Source of the DNA: Eledone cirrhosa
Taxonomy: Eukaryota
Length of the DNA stretch: 64,000 bases
Direction: 5' to 3'
NCBI GenBank assembly: GCA_964016885.1
Contig: CAXHJY010000795.1
Location: 25,062 to 89,061, forward strand
The translations under genes and the position numbers were made by a program. This document shows positions 38,757-51,182 of this stretch, piece after piece (the stretch's first letter is position 1; every line of letters begins with the position of its first letter). The notes below the pieces were generated by a model. It did no database searches. It was given only the letters and a program-made list of their open reading frames with translations, and was not told the origin of the DNA.

Positions 38757-40308
38757 TCATCATCATCAACGTTTAACGTCCGTGTTCCATGGTTGCATGG
38801 GTTTGGACGGGGGTTTTCCCACATGAGGCAAGAGTGATTGTCTTGCTCGCATAGGACTGTCTGGCAGGTTTTCTACAGTTGGATGCCCTTCCTAACACCA
38901 ACCACATTTACAGTGTGGGTCTGGGAGGTTTTTACCGTATTGCCTACACGGCCACATTACAGCGTGGACTGTGTGTTTTTTTGTCGTGCCACCTACACGA
39001 TCTCATTTGTTTCGGCCTGGATGGTGTGGCACCAACATAACTTTACATAGAAGGGGGCGGTGTGGATGGGGTGGGGGTGGTGGGACGGGGGTGTATTTTG
39101 TTAGAGATGCCTACTGACTGTAGTAGGTTTTACTTTGTATTTAGGTAAGGCGGGTCTTCTCTATTACTGAGTACCGCCAAAGGTCTCGGTCCAGTGACAT
39201 TGTCTTGGTGAGGTGTAAGTGTGTGAGGTCGGAGTTTATCAGCTCGTCCCAGGTTTTTCTGTGGCTACCGTCTATCTTTATTGCCCTGCACTTTGTTATA
39301 CAGCTATCGTCCTTCATGCGCATCACATGACCATACCAACGTAGCCTTCTCTCTAGTAAACAACATCTGATCCCTCTTATTTCTAATTTTTTTCCTTAGT
39401 TCGTTTATGCTTTGTCGTTCACGTATATTACTATTACACATCCAGCGGAGCATGCAAGCTTCATTTCTCTCTAGTCTGCGTATATCCTCTGCACACAATG
39501 CCCAGGTCTCACTGCCATGCAACATTGCTGTTCGTATGCAGGCATCGTACAACCTGCCTTTCATTTTTAGGGAGAACCCTTTAGCGGCTAATAGTGGTAT
39601 AAGCTCTCTGAACTTTTTCCACCCAGTTCTGACTCTAGCTACTGTACTTTCAGAGCACCCTCCCCCACTGCTGATTTTGTCACCCAGGTAACAGAAGCTG
39701 TTCGCTATTTCTATAGAGCCCTCTGCGCAGTTGAAAGAGCTAGTATTTTGTGGGCACTTGCTGCTACTTATTGCCCCAGAACACTGGCCACATGTAAAAT
39801 CTATGTTCTTAGTTAGCTTACCTGTGATCCCACTACATCTTTTATGAACCCAAACTTTGCATTTGGGACACAAAATGGAATTTCTACCTACGCCTTTCCT
39901 ACACTCTGCGCATGGCCACTTCCCGGAGGGGACCGCCGCCTTATTTTCTTTCTTACAAACTAGAACTTTAGTCTTAGCCAGGTTAATTTTAAGGCCTTTT
40001 GATTCTAGGCCGTGCTTCCATGTTTGGAATTTCTTCTCTAGCTCGGCCATTGATTCAGCTATGAGCGTTAGATCATCTGCGTATAGGAGTTCCCATGGGC
40101 AGCCGGTCTTGAACTCCACTGTTATAGCCTGGAGGGCAATAATAAATAGTAGGGGGATAAGAACAGAGCCCTGATGAACACCAACTTTTATACTAAACTC
40201 TTCACTATATTCGTTGTTAATTCTAACCTTGCTCACTGTTTCTTTATACATGGCTTGTATAGCTCTCACAAGCCATTCATCAACACCTAGTTTTCTAAGA
40301 GCCCACCA
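38754..40308 (-). mobile_element. 5'-truncated RTE LINE, long-3'UTR subfamily
   Basis: ORF 39304-40401 has GVHQGSVL, YADDL and a PHD-like finger. Frameshift near 39390, ~390-bp 3' UTR, (GAT)n tail, (TA)n on both sides. Confidence 0.95.
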
Positions 40309-40547
40309 GATATATATATATATATATATCACCCTTGCAAGCAGGGAAAAGCGGACGTAAAATGATGATGATGATATATATATATATAAACATACATACA
40401 TACATGCTTATATTCCAGTACAAACAATGTAATGCAAATGTGGTGAGAGATCGGAGATTAAATATAGGTTATCTCCTTTCTTGCCAAAGTCTATATTTTT
40501 CTTGGTGCAGTACATGCTTATATTATATATATGTGTGTGTATGTATG

Positions 40548-40574
<27 letters not shown>

Positions 40575-40579
<5 letters not shown>

Positions 40580-40763
40580 GTGAAATACGATAACAAGGAC
40601 GATTGGTTACTCCTTCATTATGTTTATTGGTTGGTGATGCGTGTTTCGCCACTGATCAGCTCATGTTTCAATCTGTATCAATCTGACCCGACTGACGAGC
40701 CGCGGATTACAGAGTCGGGTCAGATCGATAACCAATCGTCCTTGTTATCTTATTTCACTATAA
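40575..40763. mobile_element. Fold-back pLTR remnant with partial hammerhead motifs on both strands
   Basis: Arms ATAGTGAAATACGATAACAAGGACGATTGGTTA / TAACCAATCGTCCTTGTTATCTTATTTCACTAT. Minus strand has ATGAGC..GCGAAACACGCATC..AATAAA; plus strand has CTGACGAG. Confidence 0.6.
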
Positions 40764-42791
40764 TACACTCTGTCTAGCTCTACACCTGGACACTGAAGTG
40801 AACCTAAACATCGAGTGCTCACCCTGGTGAACCTACAGTAACTCCATGTTACACTCCCTGGATATATATATATTATATTAAACTTAAACCAAAATCCCAT
40901 TTTGGGGAGATATAAGTCAAATCGGCTAAAAGAAGAGGTTGGCTTCAACTTATATAATATCCCAACCATGGTTTTTTGAACTCAAGATACAACGTCAGGA
41001 ATTCCAAGACATTGAAATAACTAATATAGGAAGAATTAAAATTCCTTCATCAGGGTGAATTATTCTTAGAAATAAGGAGACAAGTTGAAAATGTATCATA
41101 TATGCATACCATTTCGTTGCTAGATCATATGTTGCAATGCTGAATTACTGTATGAATATTTCCTACTTAACATATTCGGATAATACGACATGCTTACATT
41201 GATGCTGGAAGCAACAACCAAAACCGTCTAAGTCAGCTCAACACTGATGGAGCAATCAATATTAATTTATAACTCCATAAAGTCTCTAAGACAGATGCAC
41301 ACACACACAAAGAGAGAGGTGTATTTGAAGACATATATAATACGTTTATATACAATAAACATATGGGTAGCCTTGCTGCCAAAGAAAAATATTTTTTTGT
41401 AAGGAAACTATTTATGTGTGTGTGTGTATATATATATATGTATGTATGTATACTTTATGTATGCATGTGTGTGTGTATATATACACTGTAAAGTGGATGT
41501 GTAAAAGACACGGCAAAAAGCACCCAGCCCATACTGTAAAGTGGATGTGTAAAAGACACGGCAAAAATCACCCACCACACACTGTCAATGTGGTTGCCAT
41601 TAAGAAGTGCATCCAGCCATATAAAACCAGCCAGAAACACCCCTATATGAGTGAGACACAGTCACTTGACTCAACTTGCTTCTAAATGGGACCTGTCTAA
41701 TCCATACTAGCGTGGAAAGATAGATGTTAATCGATGATGATGATAATATATGTATATATATAAAACCTCATTACTTATTGCTGTTATAATTTTGAAAATA
41801 TTAATATTAATGTTTCTCAGTTCTGTATTATTCTATCTTGTTCTATTTCAAAATAACAATATCATATGTAAAGTTTTAAAACTGCCTTCAACGTCAAAAT
41901 GAATCATAGCTAATTATTGCATGTTTCTTGCTCTAAGATATATGAAGGTGTCTTTTTTTTTGGTTTCTTGTTTGTTTTTGCAGTTATAATTGTTATTTAC
42001 AGCATGCTGTCAACAGAAAAATATGTGTCAGCTACAGATATTATTATTATAATTGTGCTTTGAGAGTGGAATATACATGCATAATAAATATAATTTGTTC
42101 TTAGTCTAGTTTTCGTGAGAGTGAAGGCAAACTTTAAGGTTATAAATCAGAATTCTAGTAAAGGAGGAAAATCATCGATAGTTTATTTCCTTTCCATGAT
42201 TGTAAATCATAAAGTATTTTAGTTTTAATTATTTCACTTCTCGTAGAACACTGAGAAATTGCTGCTTAAAGTCTGTTATTATTATTATTTAGGTTTTTTT
42301 TTATGAGAATGCTGAACATAACATGTTTTCTCAAGCAGCCCTCATTGATTTATCATTATTGAATTCAGAAATATTTCATGGACAATTCTATCGTGAGGAA
42401 GAAAGATTTATCTTGCAGTTAATATGAGAGAAAGCTGAAAAATAGAAATTTGGCTAAATTTGGTCGATAATACCATTATAATTACCAGTACGATATTTGG
42501 GGGTTTATGTAAAAAAAAAAAGAAGTACATAGATTTTTCTCTATAAAATTTCTATCATTTTTATTGTAATGTTAACTATGAAATGGTTACATGGCCTATT
42601 AATTCTTAACATCCTGTACCACATGAAACCACATTAACAAGACATTCTTGAAAAGTGGCAAACAGCACTATGGATGCATCTCATTAAAAATTGATGTCAT
42701 AAGTTAATTTTACAAAACATTTTGACAACAGTTTGTCCACTAATAAAGATACTATAAACATTTCAATTAAGCTCATTTTTAGATATTTTAG

Positions 42792-42995
42792 GGCAGTGGA
42801 TTGGCAGTATTGGTAGAGTGTCGGACACCATGCTTTGTGACATATAATTAAGTCCCTTTACATTCTGAGTTCAAATCCCGCTGAGATTATCTTTGCCTTT
42901 CATCCTTACGGAGTCGATAAAATAAAGTACCAGTAACTTGTTGGGGTTGATTTAGTTGACTTCCCCTCTTCCAAAATTGTTGGCCAGAAACCAAT
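42792..42995 (+). mobile_element. SINE family B, older variant
   Basis: GGCAGTGGATTGGCAGTATTGGTAGAG..GAGTTCAAATCCC..GCCTTTCATCCTTACGGAGTCGATAAAA. Confidence 0.85.
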
Positions 42996-43899
42996 TATAT
43001 ATATTTTCTGCTAAATTATTAAGGATGTTAAGAGTTAATACTTTAGTGTTTGTTGTAAGAAAAATAACAGTAGGTCAGAATATTGCATAAACCCCTTCAA
43101 CTAAATTTCTAATGAAATACACTGCTCAAATTTAAAAACAATGAAGAATTTTGATGTAATTAGTACAATGGTTAAAAAGCACCCACTCTATCCTATAAAG
43201 TGGTTGGTTTGGTGCCACGATAAAAAGAACTTAGTCCACACTGTAAATGTGGTTGGAAGGACATCCAGCTGTAGAAACCAAACCAGAAACAGTTCTGTGT
43301 GAGCAAGACATGGTCATCTGATCTTACTTGTTTCACAACAGGACAACGTGTCTAACCCATGCTAGCATAGAAAAATGGCCGTTAAATGATGATGATGATG
43401 ATTATTATTTAGTTGGTGATTAGAACATAACACATGATTCTCACATAGAATTATGATGGAAGGTTTTGATTTAAATTTTGTAAATCAACTTCATACAATG
43501 TAAAGGTTACTATAGCTAGCAAATACACACCCTCATAGTATGATTTTCTTTCCTGTTTTGTGAACACACCAAAGGGTTCTTCATACATCTACAAATGGAA
43601 ATATTTGGACCACATCTGAGTTGTATCCCAGAGTCACTGGGTATTTCAGGTCTTACAACATACACCCTCATCCAATTGACCCAACCAATATTGACCAAGC
43701 CTCATCCTATGTCTAATTCTACTAACACTTACCAGTTATATCTTTTCTGTCAACCATCTATAATGATATCCCTGCAGAAGTGGACTGGCCAAATAGAGTG
43801 GTGTGTGTGTGTGCAATGTCCATGGGCCATTGGGCTGGGGTTAAAAATAGGAGAGCTGAGAAAAATGTCATGAAAATATGGTCATAGCCACTGCACAAG

Positions 43900-44157
43900 G
43901 ATTGAGCAATGAAAACACACCTCTGGCCCCCCAGCAGTCTGTTACTCTGTGTTACCTTCATATAACAGTGAAAACACACCTCTGGCCCTCAGCAGTCAGC
44001 AGTCTGTTACCTTTGCTGAGCAGTGAAAACAGACCTCTTGCCCTCAGCACAGCAGTCTGTTAATATCAACTTAGCAGTGCAAACACACCTATGGTCCGCA
44101 GCAGTCAACAATCTGTTAGTCAGTGTCACCTTAACTGAGCAGTGAAAACACACCTTA
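43900..44157. repeat. Diverged ~55-62-bp tandem repeat, ~5 copies
   Basis: AGCAGTGAAAACACACCTCTGGCCCTCAGCAGTC..TCTGTTA recurring. Confidence 0.75.
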
Positions 44158-44445
44158 GTGTTGCCTGGATGCCTGGGCCTGTTTTAAGAGCCAGTCCACT
44201 TTTGTATCCCAGCAACCCTATGGACAATGGGACATCTATGTTATTGCTTTTATTGTTGCCTAATAGTGTTGTATGATATCACTGCCAAAGTATTGCAGCG
44301 TAAAGTGTTTTACATGGTATTACTTGTTTAACATTGTTATATAGTTTTACCTTATATATAGTAATGTCATTTAGTCTATTACTAGTATGTAGCTGATATC
44401 TGCTATTTGTCTATCTTACGAGGTTTTTCTGTGCTCCATTAACAG

Positions 44446-44605
44446 CAAATGCGTATCCAGGAGGTAGTGATGAGGTCTGATGTGAGAGGAATTGAAGAGA
44501 GCTCAGTGGGTTTCCACGGTACTCCAAGCAATATAGTGTCCTGTCAAATGGATAACACAAGTTATAGCAGTGATGCAAAGGCCAAACATTATGAAGAGAT
44601 ATCAG
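44446..44605 (+). CDS. Candidate host-gene exon (160 bp), product unidentified
   Basis: Acceptor TTTTTCTGTGCTCCATTAACAG| and donor CAG|GTATGT. Open frame QMRIQEVVMRSDVRGIEESSVGFHGTPSNIVSCQMDNTSYSSDAKAKHYEEIS. Non-repetitive and GC-richer than its flanks. Confidence 0.55.
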
Positions 44606-45332
44606 GTATGTAGGAGGAAACTGACAAGTTTATATTGCAAAAATATTGCCAAAATTTCATAGTATTTTAAAGATATGCTTCGAATACTTGGGGAATGGTG
44701 AAAACAGATTTTGAATATATTTATTTTGTGCAGTGTCTATAAAGATATACCTGGAGAGGGATGGGCTCCACCAGGCTTAAAAATGCCCAAGAAATGCTGT
44801 ATGCCATTATAACACCTCTATGACTCCATCAGGAGTTATAGGACCATACATAGATACATAAAGATATACTCAAATGCTGTTGGAGCAAATACTACTACAA
44901 TAGAGATATACTTAAACTTCAGATAGTTATAGATATATCTAATGCTATGGATGTAATGTAACTTTGTAACATCTTGAAATGCATGAAGCAGCCAAAATTG
45001 TCTAATGGACATGATCAGTTGCATCTATCATTACATCATTCCAACTTTTGTTGATGGGTTTCAGGTCTCTGTCAATTGTCTGTCACCAGTTCATTTTTGG
45101 ACGTCATCTGTACTTCTTTCCATGGGGATACCAATACATCTGCTAACTTAAAATGAGATATCACATTATAGAAACTAAGAAATAAATGTTAATATTTTTC
45201 CCATTCATAAACTGACTTTACCTTGCCATAAAGATATTTCATGGGAATGGTTCCATATCACTCATTGATAGATACTACAATCCCTAATAGGTTATATCAT
45301 TAATATCATGGCTACATGTTGTACCCAAGATG

Positions 45333-45540
45333 TATGAAGGTCGGCTGAAAAGTTCATAGGCTGCAATGTTCATAGGCTGCAATATTCATAGGCTGACCAA
45401 AATACTCTCATCGAATGACCAAATGAGGTTTATTTTTCAAAATAGTCTCTGAAAAGAAATAATGCAGTTATTAATAAGAAGAGACAAAATTTATGCATAC
45501 AAGATTCCACAGCTCTAGCATCAGTTTCATAGTCAGCTGA
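45333..45540. mobile_element. Mariner-type MITE (family M1) with an internal 16-bp triplication
   Basis: TATGAAGGTCGGCTGAAAAGTTCATAGGCTG start; TTCATAGGCTG occurs three times. Confidence 0.8.
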
Positions 45541-46335
45541 TCATCATAGGCTTCCTATAGCAGTCTTCAAACGCATTCTGTTCAGAGCTTTTTTCTTTCT
45601 ACTTGGTTCCATGTCTTCCCTGTCGTTTGCAATTCTTCTTCTCCTGATCTTTGTCATAAGATTTATAGGTGTTCAGCTTTGATTTACTTAACAACCCTCT
45701 AGTCTTCTTAACATATCATCTGCTCATCTCCACTAACACCTCACTATTTGTTAGTCAATGGCTTCCTTCTGGACATTGGCCCAAAGATCTTTGATGCTTG
45801 TAACTTATGTGTATCTAATGTTTATAATGATTCTGAAGCACTTTTGTAAATACTTGGAATTTTTTTTTAGGATATTTACCTTCATTTGTTGTAACTTAGT
45901 GCCATATAGCAGGACATATTTGACATTGCTTTAGAAAATTCTCAGCTTAATACATCTAGAAAGAGCCTTTACCTTCTCAACAAGTTTTAAAATGTTGAAG
46001 GTTTGGATCACTTTTCAAATTCTCACTTCATCATTCTCCTCTGCTAGTTGCAGATGCCGCAGTTCTTAAATATATGTCTATTGTATAATACATTTATATA
46101 TTATGATATAATACTACTTTAAAAGATCTGGAATGAAGAGATCTTTTGGCATGCTGGTCTGCCACCTATGATGGAAATCTTCATTGATAGAAATTTACGA
46201 TATTTGGAACACGTACAACAGATTCCCCAGACAACATCTTTCCTCCCAACTATGAGTGAGGAAAAGAAATCAAGGAAGAAAAAGACTGAGATTCAAAGAT
46301 ACTGCAAAAAGGAAAATGAAGTGGAAACAAATGCC
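45540..46335. mobile_element. Two old RTE-type remnants (minus ~45540-46050, plus ~46120-46335)
   Basis: Plus piece reads WNEEIFWHAGLPPMMEIFIDRNLRYLEHV..GKRNQGRKRLRFKDTAK across frameshifts. The minus piece is a heavily decayed RT C-terminus. Confidence 0.5.
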
Positions 46336-46904
46336 AAACTGAAGCAACCCCTCCCCCATATTTTACCATTGATTTTTTTGGGGGGTCACATATTCCTCAG
46401 CTTATATTCAAGCCTATATGGTAAGTAATTTGCCAAAGAAGTACCACTCTGAACAATTGCAGTTGTAGATTATTTAAGGCCAATTTGTTCAGAAAGCCTG
46501 AACAAATAAGATATTGTCTACGTGACACAAATTAGAGGATATTTCTTAATTTATATCTTACAGTCAATTCACCTTATATTCCTTGGCAGGGCAGGGCAGG
46601 GTGGGTTCTGGGAGGAGGGGGTGCTTCTGTCATTAAAATAAATTATAAGTCATAAATGAATGTAGCTCAACCCCAAAATTTAACCCTTTTCATACATAAG
46701 TTCCTGAAACCACCATTGCTTCTACAATACAACTGTTTATTTCAAAATATATGTATATCTGAATATATTCCATCCTGATTAATATATGTATATGTATATC
46801 TGAAAATTTTCCATCCTGATTCTATATAAGAACCTTTGTTAAGTTATGTTCCAAATGCTAGTTTAGTAATGAGAAAGTCAGTTATATTATTAAATCTCTA
46901 CAAT

Positions 46905-47090
46905 GGCGGTGGATTGGCAGTATCGGTAGAGGGTCGGACGCCATGCTTTCCAGCATAGTTACGTCCCTTTATGATCTGAGTTCAAATCCCGCCGAGGTTG
47001 ACTTTGCCTTTCATCCTTACGGGGTCGATAAAATAAAGTACCAGTAATGCACTGGGTAATTGCTGGCCTTGTGCCTAAAGTAGAAACAAT
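46905..47090 (+). mobile_element. Full-length young SINE B with TSD
   Basis: Near-identical to the reverse complement of 9363-9546. TSD ATTATTAAATCTCT at ~46886 and ~47089. Confidence 0.92.
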
Positions 47091-47145
47091 TATTAAATCT
47101 CTCCAAATTCTTGATTTTCAAAATTATTTTAAAATCATGAGTAGC

Positions 47146-47343
47146 ATACAAGGGTCGAGTGAAAAGTTCATAAGCTGACCAAGATACTCTGATGGAATGA
47201 CCAAATGAGGTTTATTTTTCAACATAGCCCTTGGAAAGAAACAATGCAGTTATTCATATGAAGAGTTAAAATTAATGTATACTAGATTTCACAGCTCTAG
47301 CATCACTCCTTCATAGTCAGCCTATGAACTTTTCAGCCCACTA
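47146..47343. mobile_element. Mariner-type MITE (family M1)
   Basis: TACAAGGGTCGAGTGAAAAGTTCATAAGCTGAC / GTCAGCCTATGAACTTTTCAGCCC. Confidence 0.85.
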
Positions 47344-48629
47344 TTGTATTTCATTAGAAATATGATAACGAAAGGGTTAAAATGTTTTTTTTATTTATAT
47401 AAAAAATCTTCTGTCATAATTTTGATAAGAACTTTTCTTAGGTATGAAAAAGGCATCTGCCATAGAAATTGTAACTGGCTGATAATATCTGTATCAGATG
47501 TCTGTGAATGCTATCCATGGAGGGGAGAGAAGGCTCTGTTTGTGATAATGTTGATTCATTGATTAGAACCAACATACATGGTGCCTGGTGAAGGTGTGTG
47601 GTTTAGTGGCCAGTGTTGGGTTCACAATCGTGAGGTTGTGAGTTTGATTCAAAGATGGAATGTGTTGTGTTCTTGAGCAAGACACTTTATTTCACTTTGC
47701 TTTAGTTCACTCAACTGGGGCAAATGAGTTGCAACGTCACTAGTGACAAGCTGTATCAGCCTTTGCCTTTCTCATGAGTGACGTGGAGAGAAGAGACTGG
47801 TATGTATGGGCAACAGCTGATCTGCCACAAAATCATCGTGTCTGGGTTTGTGCCTTAGAAGGGAAACTTTCTTGGTTCAAAACCCATGATATTCGCGACT
47901 GAAGGTTTTTTTTTATATGCCATTAGAAGCATGACATTATCTATGTCGGATGTCTGTGAACACCAAATACAGGTGACCTCTGTTCATGTTGCTGCATACA
48001 CACTGGTTGAAACCAACTGAACCCATCCTGGGTGAATGAAGGAACAAATATTAGAGCAAGTAATGACTGTAGCAGCAATGGGGGTTTTGAACTTAATCTC
48101 ATGATTCATAATATAGTAACATCCAACCATTGCTAGCAGGAAGAGAAGACATTAAATTATAATGATAATGATGATAATATGTGTATCCTAACAACTCAGC
48201 CAGCTTACTTTAATATATAAAGACAACCACACACACCACACAGCCAGCTTACTTTAATATATAAAGACAACCACGCACCAGTCAGCCAACTTACTTTTAT
48301 ATATAAAGTCATATTTCAAGTATATAGTTGGAAGAACTATGGACATTAATGATGCCATACTAACTCTTCATTTTGTAGAATATTTCATTATGAAGAAGAT
48401 AGCAGTTATTAATGGATATAGCCCAGGAAGTAAGGAATTACTATAACTGCAATACAACGTCTCTTTCCCATTACATATGTACACTAAAACATCTATAATG
48501 GAATAACCATGGATTTCACTTCACAATACCATCTTTATCATTACAAATCAGAATTTATTCTAGAATAATTAATTCTTTGAGATGTTATTATTTCTGAGAA
48601 TAAAACCAATAATTAGTTGGAATCACAGA

Positions 48630-48825
48630 GTATTGTTGTTGATGTGGAGTTGGTTGTGGTTGTTGTGGTTGTTGATGTGGTGTTGGTTGTGATTGTTGTT
48701 GATGTGGCATTGGTTGTTGTTGTTGTTGTTGTCACCCATATAGGAATAATAAAGGATTATTATTATTACCATCATTACTACTACTACGACTACTACTAGT
48801 ACTACTACTACTACTACTACTACTA

Positions 48826-48877
<52 letters not shown>

Positions 48878-49100
48878 ACTACCACCACCACCACTTCTAC
48901 TACAACTACTACTACTACTACTACACCCATCACCATTATTGTTATTAGAGTTACAATTATCATTACTGTCCTTTGAAATCATTATTATTATTATTAGTAT
49001 TATAATCATCATTATTTGTGTTGTTGTTGTTATTACTATTATTATTATTATTGATATTATTATCATTATTGTTGTCATTATTATTATTACTATTATTATT
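48630..49100. repeat. Compound trinucleotide tract (GTT)n,(TAC)n,(ATT)n
   Basis: Direct inspection. Confidence 0.95.
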
Positions 49101-50189
49101 TCTAATGGCTTTGACTTGACTTGATTGTTGGGTGGGATAATGGAATGCCTCTTGTCATTGGGATATGAGGTGTGAAATACGTTATGAACAGGAAGATAGT
49201 ATCATCACCACCATCATCATCATCATCTTTGAGAGGAGAGAGGAGGAAAGAGAGAAAGATAATAAAGTAGGTGAATTTACTGTAGGATTATAGTCACACA
49301 CAGGAAGTAGCTGATTCTAATGAGACAATGGAGTCAGATGACTACCATAGAAATTCCATTACTGGCACTTATGCAAGAGAGCATCTTCCATAAGATGAAT
49401 TACCAGAAAACCTTCCGACCAGTGGGAAATGAAAACCTATAAATTTATGCTAATCTTTTAAGCATCATAGAAATAGAAATCAAATTAATTATCCCCATTA
49501 ACCTTTTTTTTCCTATTTTTTTAAATTTTATTTTTATTTATTTATTTATTTTGAAATCATTTTGGATTGACCTGTGTTTTATAGTTTGTAAATTCCTGAT
49601 AGAAATTGATTTTTTTTTCTTTGAATTTATTTCTATTGATACAGGGAGGTAGATGCATGGTTGTGTGGTTAAGTAGTTTTATTTGCAATCGTGTTCTCTT
49701 AGATTCAATCTTACTATCTCACTGTGTGGCACATTGGGCAAGTGGTTTTATTATATATAACATCTATTTTTCCATGCTAGCTTGGGTTAGATGTGTTGTC
49801 CCATTGTGAGACCAGTCAGATCAGATAACCGTATTTTCCTCAGTTCTGTATGAGTAAGACACGGTTATCTGATCTGGCTTGTCTCACAACGGGACAAATC
49901 ATCTAACCTATGCTAGCATGGAAAAATAGATGTTAAAACGTTGATGATGATGATGATTATGAAGTGGATACCAGTAATTGTCTGAGGAATAAAGTATTCT
50001 GGTAGGCCACCCATCAACTTTGTAATAAGAAGTCCTCCTTCATGCCTACCTTGAAGAATTCAGCTGGATTCTCTCTGAAAAGAGGTGAGAGAATATGGTC
50101 CTGACCTCCTAAATCTAGTCAGAAAATGATCTAATGTACTTAAGATGTATCTAGAGGCGAAAACTAATTGATCTCTCATAGGCTGAGGC

Positions 50190-50760
50190 CACCAGAGCAA
50201 TTAAAACATTCAAATGTGGAGAAGACAATATTTGGCCTGAAATGTTAAATGCCTTAAATAGGGAAGGTATGCTCCGATTGATTCGTGTTCTGGGTTGCCT
50301 GGATCTCTGGAAAGGTACCAAAGCAATAGCAATTGGGGTCTATAATCCCAAATTTTATAAAATGGTGACAAGAGCCATTGTTCTAATTATAGAAAAATTT
50401 CCTTATTAAGTCTTCCCAGGTAAAATCTCACCCAAGTGTCTGGCAAAGAGACATAGGGATATTGTCGAGTCAAAGCTAGCTAACAAACAGTGTGGGGTTT
50501 TGCCCCGAATCCAGCACAGTTAACCAAATATTGACTTTGTGAAAGGTCTTTAAGAATCCATGGGAGTATTGCAATTACATTCCATGGACTTGTTGTGGAA
50601 AGACCTACAGGAGTATGGGAATGATAGACAGCTTTTTGTTGCCTTCAAGGTTCTATATGAATGCCCTAATACTTCTGTTCAGATAAGTAGTGTTAAGTCA
50701 AAACCCTTCAATGTGGCTGTCAGACTCCATCAAAAGTGCATATTGTCAACTCTCCTGTAC
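50190..50760 (+). mobile_element. Old RTE-type RT remnant
   Basis: Decayed GEDNIWPEML..GKVPKQ..YKNGDKSHCSNYRKISLLSLPGK..QCG motifs. Confidence 0.6.
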
Positions 50761-51150
50761 AGAATCTGGATTGCTAGATATATGGACAAATATATGAAGT
50801 GAAAAATTTTACTTCAATAAATTTATAGTTTGCATAAGAGAAACTTTATAATTTATGTTAGTTACTGTCATATGGAAGTGATTAAAGATAAGATTGATAT
50901 TATAATAATATATTTTTAGAATATAATTACATAAATGTTTGGGATGTATGTACAAATGACATGCTAGATTAAATGTAAGAATAACTGTGGGGCAATAACT
51001 ATTTCCAGGGGAAAATGTAGGGTTAGGACCCAGGACCTTGTGATTAGAAAGTTAACTTCTTATAGCAACATGACTGAGATAGGAAATGTATTGTGTGTGT
51101 GTTTGTCTGTTTACGTGTAGAGAATTACTGGTATGTACAAATATATATAT

Positions 51151-51151
<1 letters not shown>

Positions 51152-51182
<31 letters not shown>

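Larger units (their letters stand above)
46680..47380. mobile_element. TTAA-flanked MITE hosting a nested SINE B and MITE M1
   Basis: TTAACCCTTTT ... AACGAAAGGGTTAA, with an interior similar to 33759-34033. Confidence 0.6.

Noticed and set aside
46168-46428. Host exon ending at ATG|GTAAGT
   Set aside because: The sequence reads as a frameshifted RTE C-terminus. Exonisation is not excluded but is unsupported.
49285-49392. Possible terminal exon DYSHTQEVADSNETMESDD..HLP*
   Set aside because: The acceptor is weak and the phase is incompatible with the 44446-44605 exon; no other support.
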